This document shows positions 1 through 8,599 of a DNA stretch of 64,000 bases, one piece after another. The DNA comes from Candidatus Omnitrophota bacterium (GTDB lineage Bacteria > Omnitrophota > Gorgyraeia > Zapsychrales > Zapsychraceae). Each line of letters starts with the position of its first letter. The stretch's first letter is position 1. Position numbers and translations under genes: made by a program. The stretch covers positions 39,682-103,681 of the forward strand of contig JAJDCB010000023.1 in assembly GCA_029261065.1 (NCBI GenBank). The letters are read 5' to 3'. The notes beneath the pieces were generated by a model. The model was given only the letters and a program-made list of their open reading frames with translations, was not told where the DNA came from and made no database searches.

Positions 1-115
1 AAATTAGTACAGGAGATGTGGAAGAAGATATTAATTTTGGTTTAAATGAAGATATGGCTCTCTACGAATAAATTCTTTCCGTTATAATTTTTGTTAAAAT
101 TTCCAAAATAAATAT

Positions 116-640
116 ATGCGTAAAATAACTCATCAAGAAAATGTTTTGAGGCAAGAGGAAAAAAGTAATATACCTCGCATCCCTTTAACGGTTGTTATCC
201 ATAATGTTAGAAGCCTATATAATGTTGGCTCGATATTTAGAACAGCTGATGGGGCGGGTGTTGAGAAAGTTTGGATTTGTGGATATACAGGGAAGCCTCC
301 TAATAATCAAATTTCCAAAACAGCTCTTGGAGCTGAGGAGTCTGTTCCTTGGGGTTATAGAGAAGATGTTATTTCTCTTATTAAAGAGTTGAAAGAGGCG
401 GGATACAAAATCGTCTTACTTGAGCAAATGAAGGAAAGTGTTTTATACCAGGACTTTAAGCCTCAATCGAAGGTGTGTTTGGTGTTGGGCAACGAAATTG
501 AAGGCATTTCTGAAGATTTACTGTCCTTGTGTGATATTCCTATAGAGATCGAAATGGCAGGTCTTAAAAATTCATTAAATGTTGCTGTGGCGTTTGGGAT
601 TGTCGCTTACCACATTAAAGGTGAGCTGAAAAAAAATTAA
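116..640 (+). CDS. SpoU/TrmH-family RNA 2'-O-ribose methyltransferase
   Basis: 174 aa; SPOUT-type motifs (NVGSIFRTADGAG; LVLGNEIEGIS; C-terminal NVAVAFGIVAY) typical of TrmH/SpoU methylases. Confidence 0.8.
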   Translation: MRKITHQENVLRQEEKSNIPRIPLTVVIHNVRSLYNVGSIFRTADGAGVEKVWICGYTGKPPNNQISKTALGAEESVPWGYREDVISLIKELKEAGYKIVLLEQMKESVLYQDFKPQSKVCLVLGNEIEGISEDLLSLCDIPIEIEMAGLKNSLNVAVAFGIVAYHIKGELKKN

Positions 641-721
641 AAAAATGCTACTTATACAGTTGACAAGCTAATAGTTAGGTGGTAAACTTTTATTACAGTT
701 AAGAAAAACCAGAAGGAAAAT

Positions 722-1195
722 ATGGATTATTTTAAATCATTCGGAATCAATATAGGAGAGGGCAAACACCACGAGGAATCGATCTACGGCGTTGCCTTGC
801 TTTATAATCTCCTTCACACCCAAATTGGTGAGTACCTCTCACCTTACAAATTAACCATCGGAAAATTAAATGTGCTAGTCACCATTCGCCATCGCGGCGG
901 AGATCAGGGGATTAGTCAAGTTGATATCAGTAAACACTTAATTGTGACACCAGCCAATATGACTAGGCTTCTAGATAAGCTAGAAAAAGAAGGCCATGTC
1001 CAAAGAAGTGCGCAGCCAGGTGATCGCCGTGTTAACCTTATTCGGACTACAGAGCAGGCAGATAAGCTGTTGGATGACCTGTGGCCTGGGTATATTCAAT
1101 TATTAGAGAAGTTAACTATTGGTGTCCCAAAAGAGAATCAAAAGTCGTTGTCAGGGATGTTAATGGATTGGATTGGAGAATTAACGAAGGGATAA
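722..1195 (+). CDS. MarR-family transcriptional regulator
   Basis: 157 aa; winged-helix region with the classic MarR wing motif (ISQVDISKHL...TPANMTRLLDKLEKEGHV...PGDRRVNLIRTTEQADKLL). Confidence 0.8.
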   Translation: MDYFKSFGINIGEGKHHEESIYGVALLYNLLHTQIGEYLSPYKLTIGKLNVLVTIRHRGGDQGISQVDISKHLIVTPANMTRLLDKLEKEGHVQRSAQPGDRRVNLIRTTEQADKLLDDLWPGYIQLLEKLTIGVPKENQKSLSGMLMDWIGELTKG

Positions 1196-1212
1196 ATTTT
1201 TTTTGTTCACAT

Positions 1213-1243
1213 AGTTAATCAATTAACTATTGCTTGATTAACT
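1213..1243 (+). promoter_or_regulatory. AT-rich palindromic operator-like site (AGTTAATCAATTAACT plus a third half-site TTGATTAACT) between the MarR gene and the downstream lipoprotein gene
   Basis: Perfect 16-bp palindrome plus repeated half-site read directly; MarR proteins bind such palindromes. Confidence 0.3.
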
Positions 1244-1255
1244 TAAATTAAAAAG

Positions 1256-1292
1256 GTCGTCCCCGCTCGAGCGGGGCCGAACCTCGTCATTT
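1256..1292. repeat. GC-rich palindromic repeat unit (GTCGTCCCCGCTCGAGCGGGGC... hairpin), member of the intergenic repeat family
   Basis: CCCCGC-TCGA-GCGGGG hairpin in an AT-rich spacer; same CCCCGC/GCGGGG core and GTCGTCCCCGC lead-in recur at 10935. Confidence 0.6.
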
Positions 1293-1329
1293 TTCATAAT
1301 AAATGACGAAAATGACGGGAGATGCAAAA

Positions 1330-2040
1330 ATGAAGAAATTATTTTTACTTTTGATTGTGTTAGTTATTTTTGCGGGTTGTTATACCACAGGACTTTCACC
1401 CCGTGAATCAGGATCATACAATTATTCTAATTTTGTTTACAGTCTATATGACAGTGTACAATTTCGCCCTTTTGATGAGCCACAAAAAATTATGTTGCCC
1501 ATGAAGTTAGGTATTGCGCAAGTTGGAGAGAGTTCTCCTTCACAATTGATGGTGGATATCCTTAAAGATGAAAGTGGCCTATTTGATAAAGTTTCAGTAA
1601 TTCCATCTGGTCTTGGGAAAGACTCAAATAATCGTAAAGAAAAATTTAAAACGGCTAAAGTAGAATTATCTCAAATGAGACGCTTAGCCAATGATTTAGG
1701 AGTTGATTACATCTTTTTATTTGGTGGTTCAGCAGACATTGGACGAACAGGCAATTGGCTTGAAGTTTTTGATCTAACCGGTGTTGGCGCAATGATCTTA
1801 CCAAGTCAGAAAATTCGCATTGAAGGCCAATCATCAGGAGCATTGATAGATATTAAAAGTGGTAAAGTGCTGATGTCTGTCAGCACAGAATCTTCCCTTA
1901 AGGCGATGGCTTCAACGTATAATGCCGAAGATACCAAACAAGACAAATTAGCAAAATTACGTGATTCTTTGGTTAAATCGCTGGCTGACAACTTTGTTGA
2001 ACAATTGGCTAGCAAGGATGATGGTCAGAGCGTAGAATAA
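1330..2040 (+). CDS. hypothetical lipoprotein
   Basis: Start chosen at ATG with GGGAG RBS 8 nt upstream (ORF track 1303). N-terminus MKKLFLLLIVLVIFAGC is a signal peptide with lipobox (FAGC). Confidence 0.5.
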   Translation: MKKLFLLLIVLVIFAGCYTTGLSPRESGSYNYSNFVYSLYDSVQFRPFDEPQKIMLPMKLGIAQVGESSPSQLMVDILKDESGLFDKVSVIPSGLGKDSNNRKEKFKTAKVELSQMRRLANDLGVDYIFLFGGSADIGRTGNWLEVFDLTGVGAMILPSQKIRIEGQSSGALIDIKSGKVLMSVSTESSLKAMASTYNAEDTKQDKLAKLRDSLVKSLADNFVEQLASKDDGQSVE

Positions 2041-2069
2041 ATGGAATTAATTCAAGGAGGTAAGTTGTT

Positions 2070-2579
2070 ATGGATGAGAAGAAAAAAAACGTTCCACTTA
2101 TTGTAGCATTAACTATTCCCCTAATGATGGTGGTAATAATTGCTGTGAGCATTTATTTACCCAGTCTTTTTGTCAAACCTACAACAAATTTTATTTATAG
2201 TTTAGGAGGGGATTATTATTCGCAACATAGGTATGCTGTAAAGGAAGGGCGCGTAGCGCAAATAGATGTAAAATATCCAGAAAATAATTACTCGCCTACG
2301 AACTATAAAGATCCAAGGATTTATTATCATGATATTGTAAGTAATACGACAAGAGAGATATCCCTAGAAGAAGCTCAAAGCTTTCTTCTAGATGATCGTA
2401 ATGTCTCCATCGATGGTTTCCAGATTGTTTCGGGAAGTCATGGTGGAGACATTTTTTTTTATGACTATTCGTCACGATATAAAAGATATATAAAGAAGGG
2501 TTCTTTTAGTAAGAAGTTAAACTTAGATAATGACGAGACATATTACTTTCAGTTTCTTGGATGGGAGGTAACAAAATGA
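2070..2579 (+). CDS. hypothetical membrane-anchored protein
   Basis: AAGGAGG RBS; single N-terminal TM helix (LIVALTIPLMMVVIIAVSIYL); no recognised domain. Confidence 0.45.
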   Translation: MDEKKKNVPLIVALTIPLMMVVIIAVSIYLPSLFVKPTTNFIYSLGGDYYSQHRYAVKEGRVAQIDVKYPENNYSPTNYKDPRIYYHDIVSNTTREISLEEAQSFLLDDRNVSIDGFQIVSGSHGGDIFFYDYSSRYKRYIKKGSFSKKLNLDNDETYYFQFLGWEVTK

Positions 2580-3565
2580 TGAATAAACTAAACGTTATTG
2601 GCGGATTAAAAGCATTAATAAGAGCAGGAGAGGTAACCAAGAAAGAATTGTTGGACATATACGATGAGGAAACGAAAGATGGCTCTCAGAGTAGGGCTGA
2701 GAAACAATCAAAGATTTCTAATATTCTTTATTTTATTGGTGGCATGATCGTCTTTTTGGGTATTTGTATCTTTGTTGGGTCAAACTGGAATCATCTTAAT
2801 GATGTGACTAAGATACTGGCGACATTAGGTTCATCGGTCGCGATGTTTATGGCGGCAACTTTATTGGGACGATATGGTAATCTAGAGAAGGTTTCAGATG
2901 CGTTTTATTTTATTGCCTCCTTGATAGCCCCGGTTGGAACTTTCATTACTCTAGATATTGCAGGTATGGATACAGGGACAGCTGGCGTGCATACTCTTAT
3001 TGCGGCCATACTTTTTGCTGTGCAGGTCTCTTTCTATATGTTTGAGAAACGAAATGTTTTTGTGGTGTTTCAAGTCATTTTTGGCTCGTGGTTATTTTTT
3101 GCCCTAACAACAACGTTGATGGGAGGCCGCCCTTTTGCTGATTGGGATTTTATTAAGTACAGATGGTTGATTGCAGGCCTTTCCCATGCGGTGCTAGGAT
3201 ATGCCTTGGTTAATACATCTAAAAGTGGCCTGACGCCGTGGCTTTATAGTGGTGGTATTATTTCCTTTTTGACATCTGCCTTGTGTTTGGGTGGTTATTC
3301 ACCTGACCAGAATATATTCTGGGAGCTAATTTTTCCGGGATTAGTATTTGGCGTTCTTTTTTTAAGTGTCTATTTAAAAGCAAGGTCGTTTCTCATTTTT
3401 GGAACAACCTTTCTTATGTTTTATATTATTAAGATTACAAATGAATATTTTACATCAGGTTTTGGTTGGGCCTTATCGTTAATTGTTATCGGCTTTTTAT
3501 TAATGGGAACAGGTTATTTTGCTTTTTATATCAACAATAAATATATTAAGGAAGGGCAGGTCTAA
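2576..3565 (+). CDS. hypothetical polytopic membrane protein
   Basis: ATGA overlap with upstream stop, GGGAGG RBS; at least 8 predicted TM segments; start at 2576 preferred over 2561. Confidence 0.5.
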   Translation: MMNKLNVIGGLKALIRAGEVTKKELLDIYDEETKDGSQSRAEKQSKISNILYFIGGMIVFLGICIFVGSNWNHLNDVTKILATLGSSVAMFMAATLLGRYGNLEKVSDAFYFIASLIAPVGTFITLDIAGMDTGTAGVHTLIAAILFAVQVSFYMFEKRNVFVVFQVIFGSWLFFALTTTLMGGRPFADWDFIKYRWLIAGLSHAVLGYALVNTSKSGLTPWLYSGGIISFLTSALCLGGYSPDQNIFWELIFPGLVFGVLFLSVYLKARSFLIFGTTFLMFYIIKITNEYFTSGFGWALSLIVIGFLLMGTGYFAFYINNKYIKEGQV

Positions 3566-6500
3566 TGTCATCGGCATTACATTCAAAAGGATTTAGAGGA
3601 TTACTAAGCACACAGTTTTTAGGCGCATTTAATGATAATGCTTTTCGTTTTGTAATTTTTGCAATCATTGTTGATCGCATGGATCAGACAGGGGGGAGTG
3701 CTCTTTATTTAGCCATCGCAGGGGCGATGTTCTTATCTCCTTTTTTAATTTTCTCAACCCTCGCGGGATATCTCGCTGATCGGTTTAGCAAACAGAAAAT
3801 TATTCAAATCACAAAAGTTATTGAGCTTTTTATTATGGGTTTTGGATTATGGGCCTTTTTAACGGGATCCATTTGGGCGTTGCTTGCTGTCTTATTTTTT
3901 ATGGGAACCCAAAGTGCATTTTTTAGTCCTTCTAAATATGGAATCATTCCAGAAATTCTTAGTAAAGAAGAGCTCTCTGAAGGTAATGGAACGTTACAGA
4001 TGTGGAGTTATGTGGCCATATTGTTAGGTCAGGCCAGTTACGGATTTATGATGGAGTACACACAACCCCATTATTTTAAGATGGCATACATTTTTATGGC
4101 TATCTCTGTGTTGGGGATCTTTACAAGTCTGTTTGTAACAAAGGTAGAATCAAAGAAAAGTGAGCGGTCCTTACAAGTCAACATTGTTAAAGAAATGGTT
4201 GAGAATATCCGTTGGATTAAAAAAGATCGATCGCTTATTTTATCGATTCTTGGTTTGATGTACTTTGGTTTTTTGGGTGGGTTATTTCAGCCAAACATTC
4301 AACTGTATGCAAGAAAGTTACTGGAAGTTAGCCATCTTATGACAGGGTTATTGCTAGCCTTCTTAACGATTGGCTTAGGTTTAGGATGTTGGGTTGCTGG
4401 TCAATTATCGGATAAAAAGATTGAGTTAGGTTTGGTCCCGCTTGGTGCCGTTGGTATAAGTGTTTTTGCCTGCGTTCTTGGTTTTGTTTCGCATTCATAT
4501 TATTTGGCAGCTATGACTGTTTTTTTCTTGGGATTTTTCAGCGGTTTTTACATCGTCCCCTTAAATACATTGATTCAACAAAATAGCCCAGAAGACCGAC
4601 GTGGTCAGGTGTTAGCTACAAGTAATGTGTTAACTTTTGTTGCCATCCTACTAGGGACTTCATCGATCTATTTATTTCATGATATCTTTCATTTAAACGC
4701 TGCTCATATTTTTGTTATGGTTGGGCTTTTAACAATTATTGGAACAGTCTATATCACATCATTATTGCCGTACGCTTTCGTAAGATTGTTGATTTGGATT
4801 TTAGCGCATACGGTTTATAAGATTCGTACGATTAATAAAGAATACTTACCTCAATCCGGAGGCGCTCTTTTAGTATCTAATCATGTCTCCTACATTGATG
4901 CTTTACTTTTAGTGGTCACAACGGAGCGTCCTATTAGATTTTTGATGTATCGTGATATTTATAATCTAAAACTATTGCATCCACTATTTAAAATAGCAAA
5001 CGTGATTCCTATTTCTTACACAGATGGCCCTAAAGAGATTGTGAAATCTTTAAATCAAGCGACGGAAGCAATTAAAAATGGAGATCTTGTTTGTATTTTT
5101 CCAGAAGGGCAGTTAACGCGAACAGGGAATATGTTGAAGTTTAATAGAGGGTTAGAGCGAATTGTCAAAAATACTGATTGTCCGATTGTGCCTATTCACT
5201 TAGATCGGGTTTGGGGAAGCATTTTCAGTTATGAGCGTGGTCGATATTTGTTTAAGGTTCCCAAAATGATACCTTATCCTGTGACGATTAGCTATGGATC
5301 GCCAATGCCCTCTGAATCTTCGACGTTTGAGATACGTGCGTGCATTCAGGAGTTGGGGGCTGATGCTTTTGCGCATCGACTTGATGATAAGTTAACGCTG
5401 CCAGAGGCTTTTTGGCGTGAAGCACGGAGAAGCCCTTTTAAGTTTTGTATGGCGGATACTAGTGGGAAAAAGTTGAATTTTGCATCATCACTCATTTCAG
5501 CTGTGGCTTTAGCGGGTAAGTTAAAGAAGCCATTATCTAAAGATGTAAATGTCGGTGTGCTTGTGCCTCCTTCCGTGGGTGGATGTTTGACAAACATTGC
5601 GTTATCTATTTTAAACAAAGTTCCTATAAACATAAATTATACATCCTCGAAAGAGGCGATGGACTCGATTGTTCAACAGTGTGATATGAAAAAAATTGTC
5701 ACATCCCGTGCCTTTATGGAGAAGGTCAAGATTGATGTCGCAGCAGAGCTTATTTATTTAGAGGATTTGTTACCATCTATTAATCTGGGAGACAAATTGG
5801 CAGCTATCTTTAAGAGTTTTTTAACTCCTGTCGATTTATCGCGTCGATTGATTTTCGGTTCTCGTCAAACAAGAAGTATGGATCACTTGGCGACGATTAT
5901 GTTTACCAGTGGAAGCACAGGCAACCCTAAAGGGGTGATGTTAACACATGCAAACATCACTTCAAATTTGGAGGGGCTTTATCAAATTTTTCATATTCAA
6001 GAAAAAGATTGTTTGCTCGGTGTTTTACCATTCTTTCATTCATTTGGTTTTACAGCGACAATGTGGTTTCCCTTAGTGAGTGGTATGGGTGTTGTGTATC
6101 ATAACAATCCTTTGGATGCGAAGATGATTGGAAAGCTTGTCAAAAAATACGAAGCGACTATTTTGATGTCGACACCTACGTTTTTAAATGCGTATATCCG
6201 CCGTTGCAGCGAAGATCAGTTTCAGAGTTTACGGGTTGTGGTTGTTGGGGCAGAGAAGCTTAAGAGCTCAGTCGCCGAAGCCTTTAAAGAGAAGTTTGAT
6301 ATCGATCCTATGGAAGGCTATGGCTGTACCGAATTATCTCCGATCGTCTCTCTTAATCTTCCTGATTATCGTGAACGTGGTGTGAAACAAAAAGCTTTTA
6401 AACCAGGAAAAATTGGTTTGCCGCTTCCAGGTATTGCGGTCAAGGTCGTTGATCAAGATTCCGATGCGTTGAAGGGTGTAAATGAGAATGGTTTACTTTT

Positions 6501-6966
6501 TATAAAAGGTCCTAATGTGATGAAGGGGTATTTGAATCAAGATGAAAAAACGAAGGAAGTTATCCAAGAGGGTTGGTATAAGACCGGTGATATCGCCAAC
6601 ATCGACGAAGATGGTTTTTTAATGATTACGGATCGTTTAAGTCGTTTTAGCAAGATTGCCGGTGAGATGGTTCCTCACATCAAGATTGAAGATAAGATGC
6701 ATGAGATATTAAATGTAACGGAACAAACATGTGTGGTGGTGTCATTACCAGATGAAAAGAAGGGCGAGAAGCTGGTTGTTCTTTGTTTACGAGATGTAGA
6801 TGTTGTCTCCTTAGTTGACGAACTCAAACAAAGCGAGTTACCCAATTTGTGGATCCCTGATGTATCAATGTTTCACAAAGTTGATGCGATTCCGTTGTTG
6901 GGATCGGGGAAGTTAGATTTGGGGAAGATTAAGAAAATTGCGGGGGAAGTATTCTCGGGATCTTAG
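3565..6966 (+). CDS. Fusion of an LplT-like MFS lysophospholipid transporter, a PlsC-type acyltransferase and an acyl-ACP/AMP-dependent synthetase (LplT-Aas)
   Basis: 1133 aa. N-terminal ~400 aa has 12 TM helices of MFS type. The acyltransferase region has an HX4D motif (SNHVSYIDALLL) and FPEGQLTRTG. The adenylate-forming region has MFTSGSTGNPKGVMLTH, YGCTE and YKTGDIANIDEDGFLMITDR. Confidence 0.8.
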   Translation: MSSALHSKGFRGLLSTQFLGAFNDNAFRFVIFAIIVDRMDQTGGSALYLAIAGAMFLSPFLIFSTLAGYLADRFSKQKIIQITKVIELFIMGFGLWAFLTGSIWALLAVLFFMGTQSAFFSPSKYGIIPEILSKEELSEGNGTLQMWSYVAILLGQASYGFMMEYTQPHYFKMAYIFMAISVLGIFTSLFVTKVESKKSERSLQVNIVKEMVENIRWIKKDRSLILSILGLMYFGFLGGLFQPNIQLYARKLLEVSHLMTGLLLAFLTIGLGLGCWVAGQLSDKKIELGLVPLGAVGISVFACVLGFVSHSYYLAAMTVFFLGFFSGFYIVPLNTLIQQNSPEDRRGQVLATSNVLTFVAILLGTSSIYLFHDIFHLNAAHIFVMVGLLTIIGTVYITSLLPYAFVRLLIWILAHTVYKIRTINKEYLPQSGGALLVSNHVSYIDALLLVVTTERPIRFLMYRDIYNLKLLHPLFKIANVIPISYTDGPKEIVKSLNQATEAIKNGDLVCIFPEGQLTRTGNMLKFNRGLERIVKNTDCPIVPIHLDRVWGSIFSYERGRYLFKVPKMIPYPVTISYGSPMPSESSTFEIRACIQELGADAFAHRLDDKLTLPEAFWREARRSPFKFCMADTSGKKLNFASSLISAVALAGKLKKPLSKDVNVGVLVPPSVGGCLTNIALSILNKVPININYTSSKEAMDSIVQQCDMKKIVTSRAFMEKVKIDVAAELIYLEDLLPSINLGDKLAAIFKSFLTPVDLSRRLIFGSRQTRSMDHLATIMFTSGSTGNPKGVMLTHANITSNLEGLYQIFHIQEKDCLLGVLPFFHSFGFTATMWFPLVSGMGVVYHNNPLDAKMIGKLVKKYEATILMSTPTFLNAYIRRCSEDQFQSLRVVVVGAEKLKSSVAEAFKEKFDIDPMEGYGCTELSPIVSLNLPDYRERGVKQKAFKPGKIGLPLPGIAVKVVDQDSDALKGVNENGLLFIKGPNVMKGYLNQDEKTKEVIQEGWYKTGDIANIDEDGFLMITDRLSRFSKIAGEMVPHIKIEDKMHEILNVTEQTCVVVSLPDEKKGEKLVVLCLRDVDVVSLVDELKQSELPNLWIPDVSMFHKVDAIPLLGSGKLDLGKIKKIAGEVFSGS

Positions 6967-6978
6967 AGGGTTAATATT

Positions 6979-7473
6979 ATGAATGGAATAATAATTTTAA
7001 GTTTTGTTTTTCTTTTTACAATAGCAATCATTTGGATGCTATCTAAAATAGCGAAAGCTTGTAATCAAGCTCTTGATGTGACGACTACGGGTATGCTCTT
7101 TTTTATTATGGGTTTGTTTGTGGGCGTTCCATTGTTTATTTATGGTGTGGGTATTGTCATTGCTACAATATATTTTACGGCAATCTCATATGATGCCACA
7201 GGATTAGGGATTATCGTTGGGCCACCTATTGCTGCATTGGGATGTCTTTTCTTATTGTGTTTTATACCAGCGGTTCATTGGCTCAAGCCTAATGCTAAGG
7301 GAAAGAAAATGATGATAGTGGCTATTAGTTTTGTTGCGCTTGTTGTTTTGTGTTTTGTTATGAAAGGTTTTGTTGCTTATAAGTGGAGAAACGATGCGTA
7401 TTTTAAGAAGCAAGAGCGAACAAGAGAGAGGTATAAATCAGAGCGTAAAGAGGCGGTGTGGGAGGCTCTTTGA
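6979..7473 (+). CDS. small hypothetical membrane protein (4 TM)
   Basis: AGAGGG RBS; hydrophobic throughout with a basic C-terminal tail. Confidence 0.4.
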   Translation: MNGIIILSFVFLFTIAIIWMLSKIAKACNQALDVTTTGMLFFIMGLFVGVPLFIYGVGIVIATIYFTAISYDATGLGIIVGPPIAALGCLFLLCFIPAVHWLKPNAKGKKMMIVAISFVALVVLCFVMKGFVAYKWRNDAYFKKQERTRERYKSERKEAVWEAL

Positions 7474-7477
7474 TAAT

Positions 7478-8362
7478 ATGTTTAAATATTACTGGGTCCC
7501 CGCTTTCGCGGGGATGACAATATTATTATTTTTATTAATAGAATCGCTTACGTTTAGCGTGGGATCTCCACTTTACCTGTCATTCCCGCGAATGCGGGAA
7601 TCTCATGCTAGCGATAATCTTAATTCAACTGTTACATCAAATTACGTTCTCACCACAGATAACAAAAAAATCAAATACGACCATTATCTCAATGGGCATA
7701 GCCAAGTTATAATCCTTGCCCATGGATTTTACAACAGCAAACAAGCTGTTTTGTTTAAGCAGATGGCTGCTGATTTGAGTGATGCGTATGATGTGATTGT
7801 TTTTGATTTTCGGGGGCATGGGGAAAGTGAGGGGGTGTTTACGTGGACGGCGAGGGAGCCGAAGGATTTGGAGGCGGTTGTTGATTATGCGCATAAGAGT
7901 TATCAAAAGGTAGGTGTTGTGGGTTTTTCTTTAGGGGCGGCATCAAGTTTGATTCTGGCGGCTCAATCGGATAAGATAACAAGTCTTATTGCGGTTAGTC
8001 CTCCTACAAAATTTAGACAAGTCGATTTTCATTTTTGGAAAATGGGTATGGCTGAGAATATTGTGTATAATACGTTTCAAGAAGGACGCATAGGTAAAGG
8101 CGTACGGCCCGGGTTATTGTGGCATAAAAAGACTCATCCGATAAACGTGGTGGATCAAATTCAAACTCCAACGATGTTTGTTCATGGCCAAGAAGATTGG
8201 TTGATTTTACCAGGGCATTCCAAAAAATTGTATGAAAAGGCTAAATGCCAAAAACAACTCAATATTGTTGAAGGCGGAACACATGCCGAGTACTTGTACC
8301 GATCGGATAAAGAGGGAATCATGGATATGTTTAAAGAATGGTTTCAGTTGACATTGTTGTAG
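7478..8362 (+). CDS. alpha/beta-fold hydrolase (esterase/lipase-like)
   Basis: Nucleophile elbow GFSLG; HGF...DFRGHGESEG; C-terminal GGTHAEY with His. The ORF-track start at 7370 overlaps the upstream gene. The true start is uncertain (7478 or 7592) because the 5' region is occupied by repeat units. Confidence 0.65.
   Translation: MFKYYWVPAFAGMTILLFLLIESLTFSVGSPLYLSFPRMRESHASDNLNSTVTSNYVLTTDNKKIKYDHYLNGHSQVIILAHGFYNSKQAVLFKQMAADLSDAYDVIVFDFRGHGESEGVFTWTAREPKDLEAVVDYAHKSYQKVGVVGFSLGAASSLILAAQSDKITSLIAVSPPTKFRQVDFHFWKMGMAENIVYNTFQEGRIGKGVRPGLLWHKKTHPINVVDQIQTPTMFVHGQEDWLILPGHSKKLYEKAKCQKQLNIVEGGTHAEYLYRSDKEGIMDMFKEWFQLTLL
7494..7603. repeat. Pair of GC-rich palindromic repeat units (GGGTCCCCGCTTTCGCGGGGATGACA ... 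TGTCATTCCCGCGAATGCGGGAATC) lying inside the 5' end of the hydrolase ORF
   Basis: Two hairpins of the repeat family read directly; both are in frame within ORF 7478-8362 (peptides VPAFAGMT and SFPRMRESH). Confidence 0.7.
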
Positions 8363-8380
8363 TATCAAAAGAGCAAGAAA

Positions 8381-8415
8381 GATACAAGATACAAGTTACA
8401 AGGTACAAGATACAA
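8381..8415. repeat. Degenerate tandem heptamer array (GATACAAG / TTACAAG / GTACAAG)
   Basis: gatacaagatacaagttacaaggtacaagatac read directly. An inverted copy (cttgtgtcttgtaacttgg) lies at 8543-8560, on the other side of the GC hairpins. Confidence 0.6.
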
Positions 8416-8504
8416 AAATAATCAATTTTTAAAATTCAATAATCAAATATGACACTAGTAAGAATTTGTTTGGAATTTAAATTTTGAGTATTGTATCTTT
8501 TTTG

Positions 8505-8540
8505 CCCCGCCTTTTGCGGGGTCCCGCTAAAAGCGGGATA
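8505..8540. repeat. Two adjacent GC-rich hairpins (CCCCGC-CTTTTG-GCGGGG; TCCCGC-TAAAA-GCGGGA) of the palindromic repeat family
   Basis: Read directly; flanked by the inverted ACAAG-rich repeats. Confidence 0.65.
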
Positions 8541-8599
8541 ACTTGTGTCTTGTAACTTGGTTATTCTTGACAATATCGACTTTAATAGAGGAGTAAATA

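Noticed and set aside
192-392. Short overlapping or antisense ORFs from the six-frame track (e.g. 192-392, 1655-1843-, 1806-2015-, 5346-5633-, 7637-7906-, 10871-11089-, 12261-12467-, 21359-21697-, 24625-24903-, 28340-28618, 36065-36325-, 55986-56312- and similar)
   Set aside because: They are embedded in or antisense to well-supported genes, and have no RBS and low-complexity translations. I treat them as spurious.
7370-7477. ORF-track start of the hydrolase at 7370
   Set aside because: It overlaps the preceding membrane-protein gene in another frame by about 100 nt and runs through the palindromic repeat units. A later start is more plausible.
7579-7603. The ATTCCCG-N-CGGGAAT core as evidence of a Neisseria (dRS3) origin
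   Set aside because: Base composition is AT-rich and gene content (GldAFG-like, TMTC-like, NHL proteins, PtsP with GAF, etc.) is not neisserial. Only the abstract motif outline is shared.
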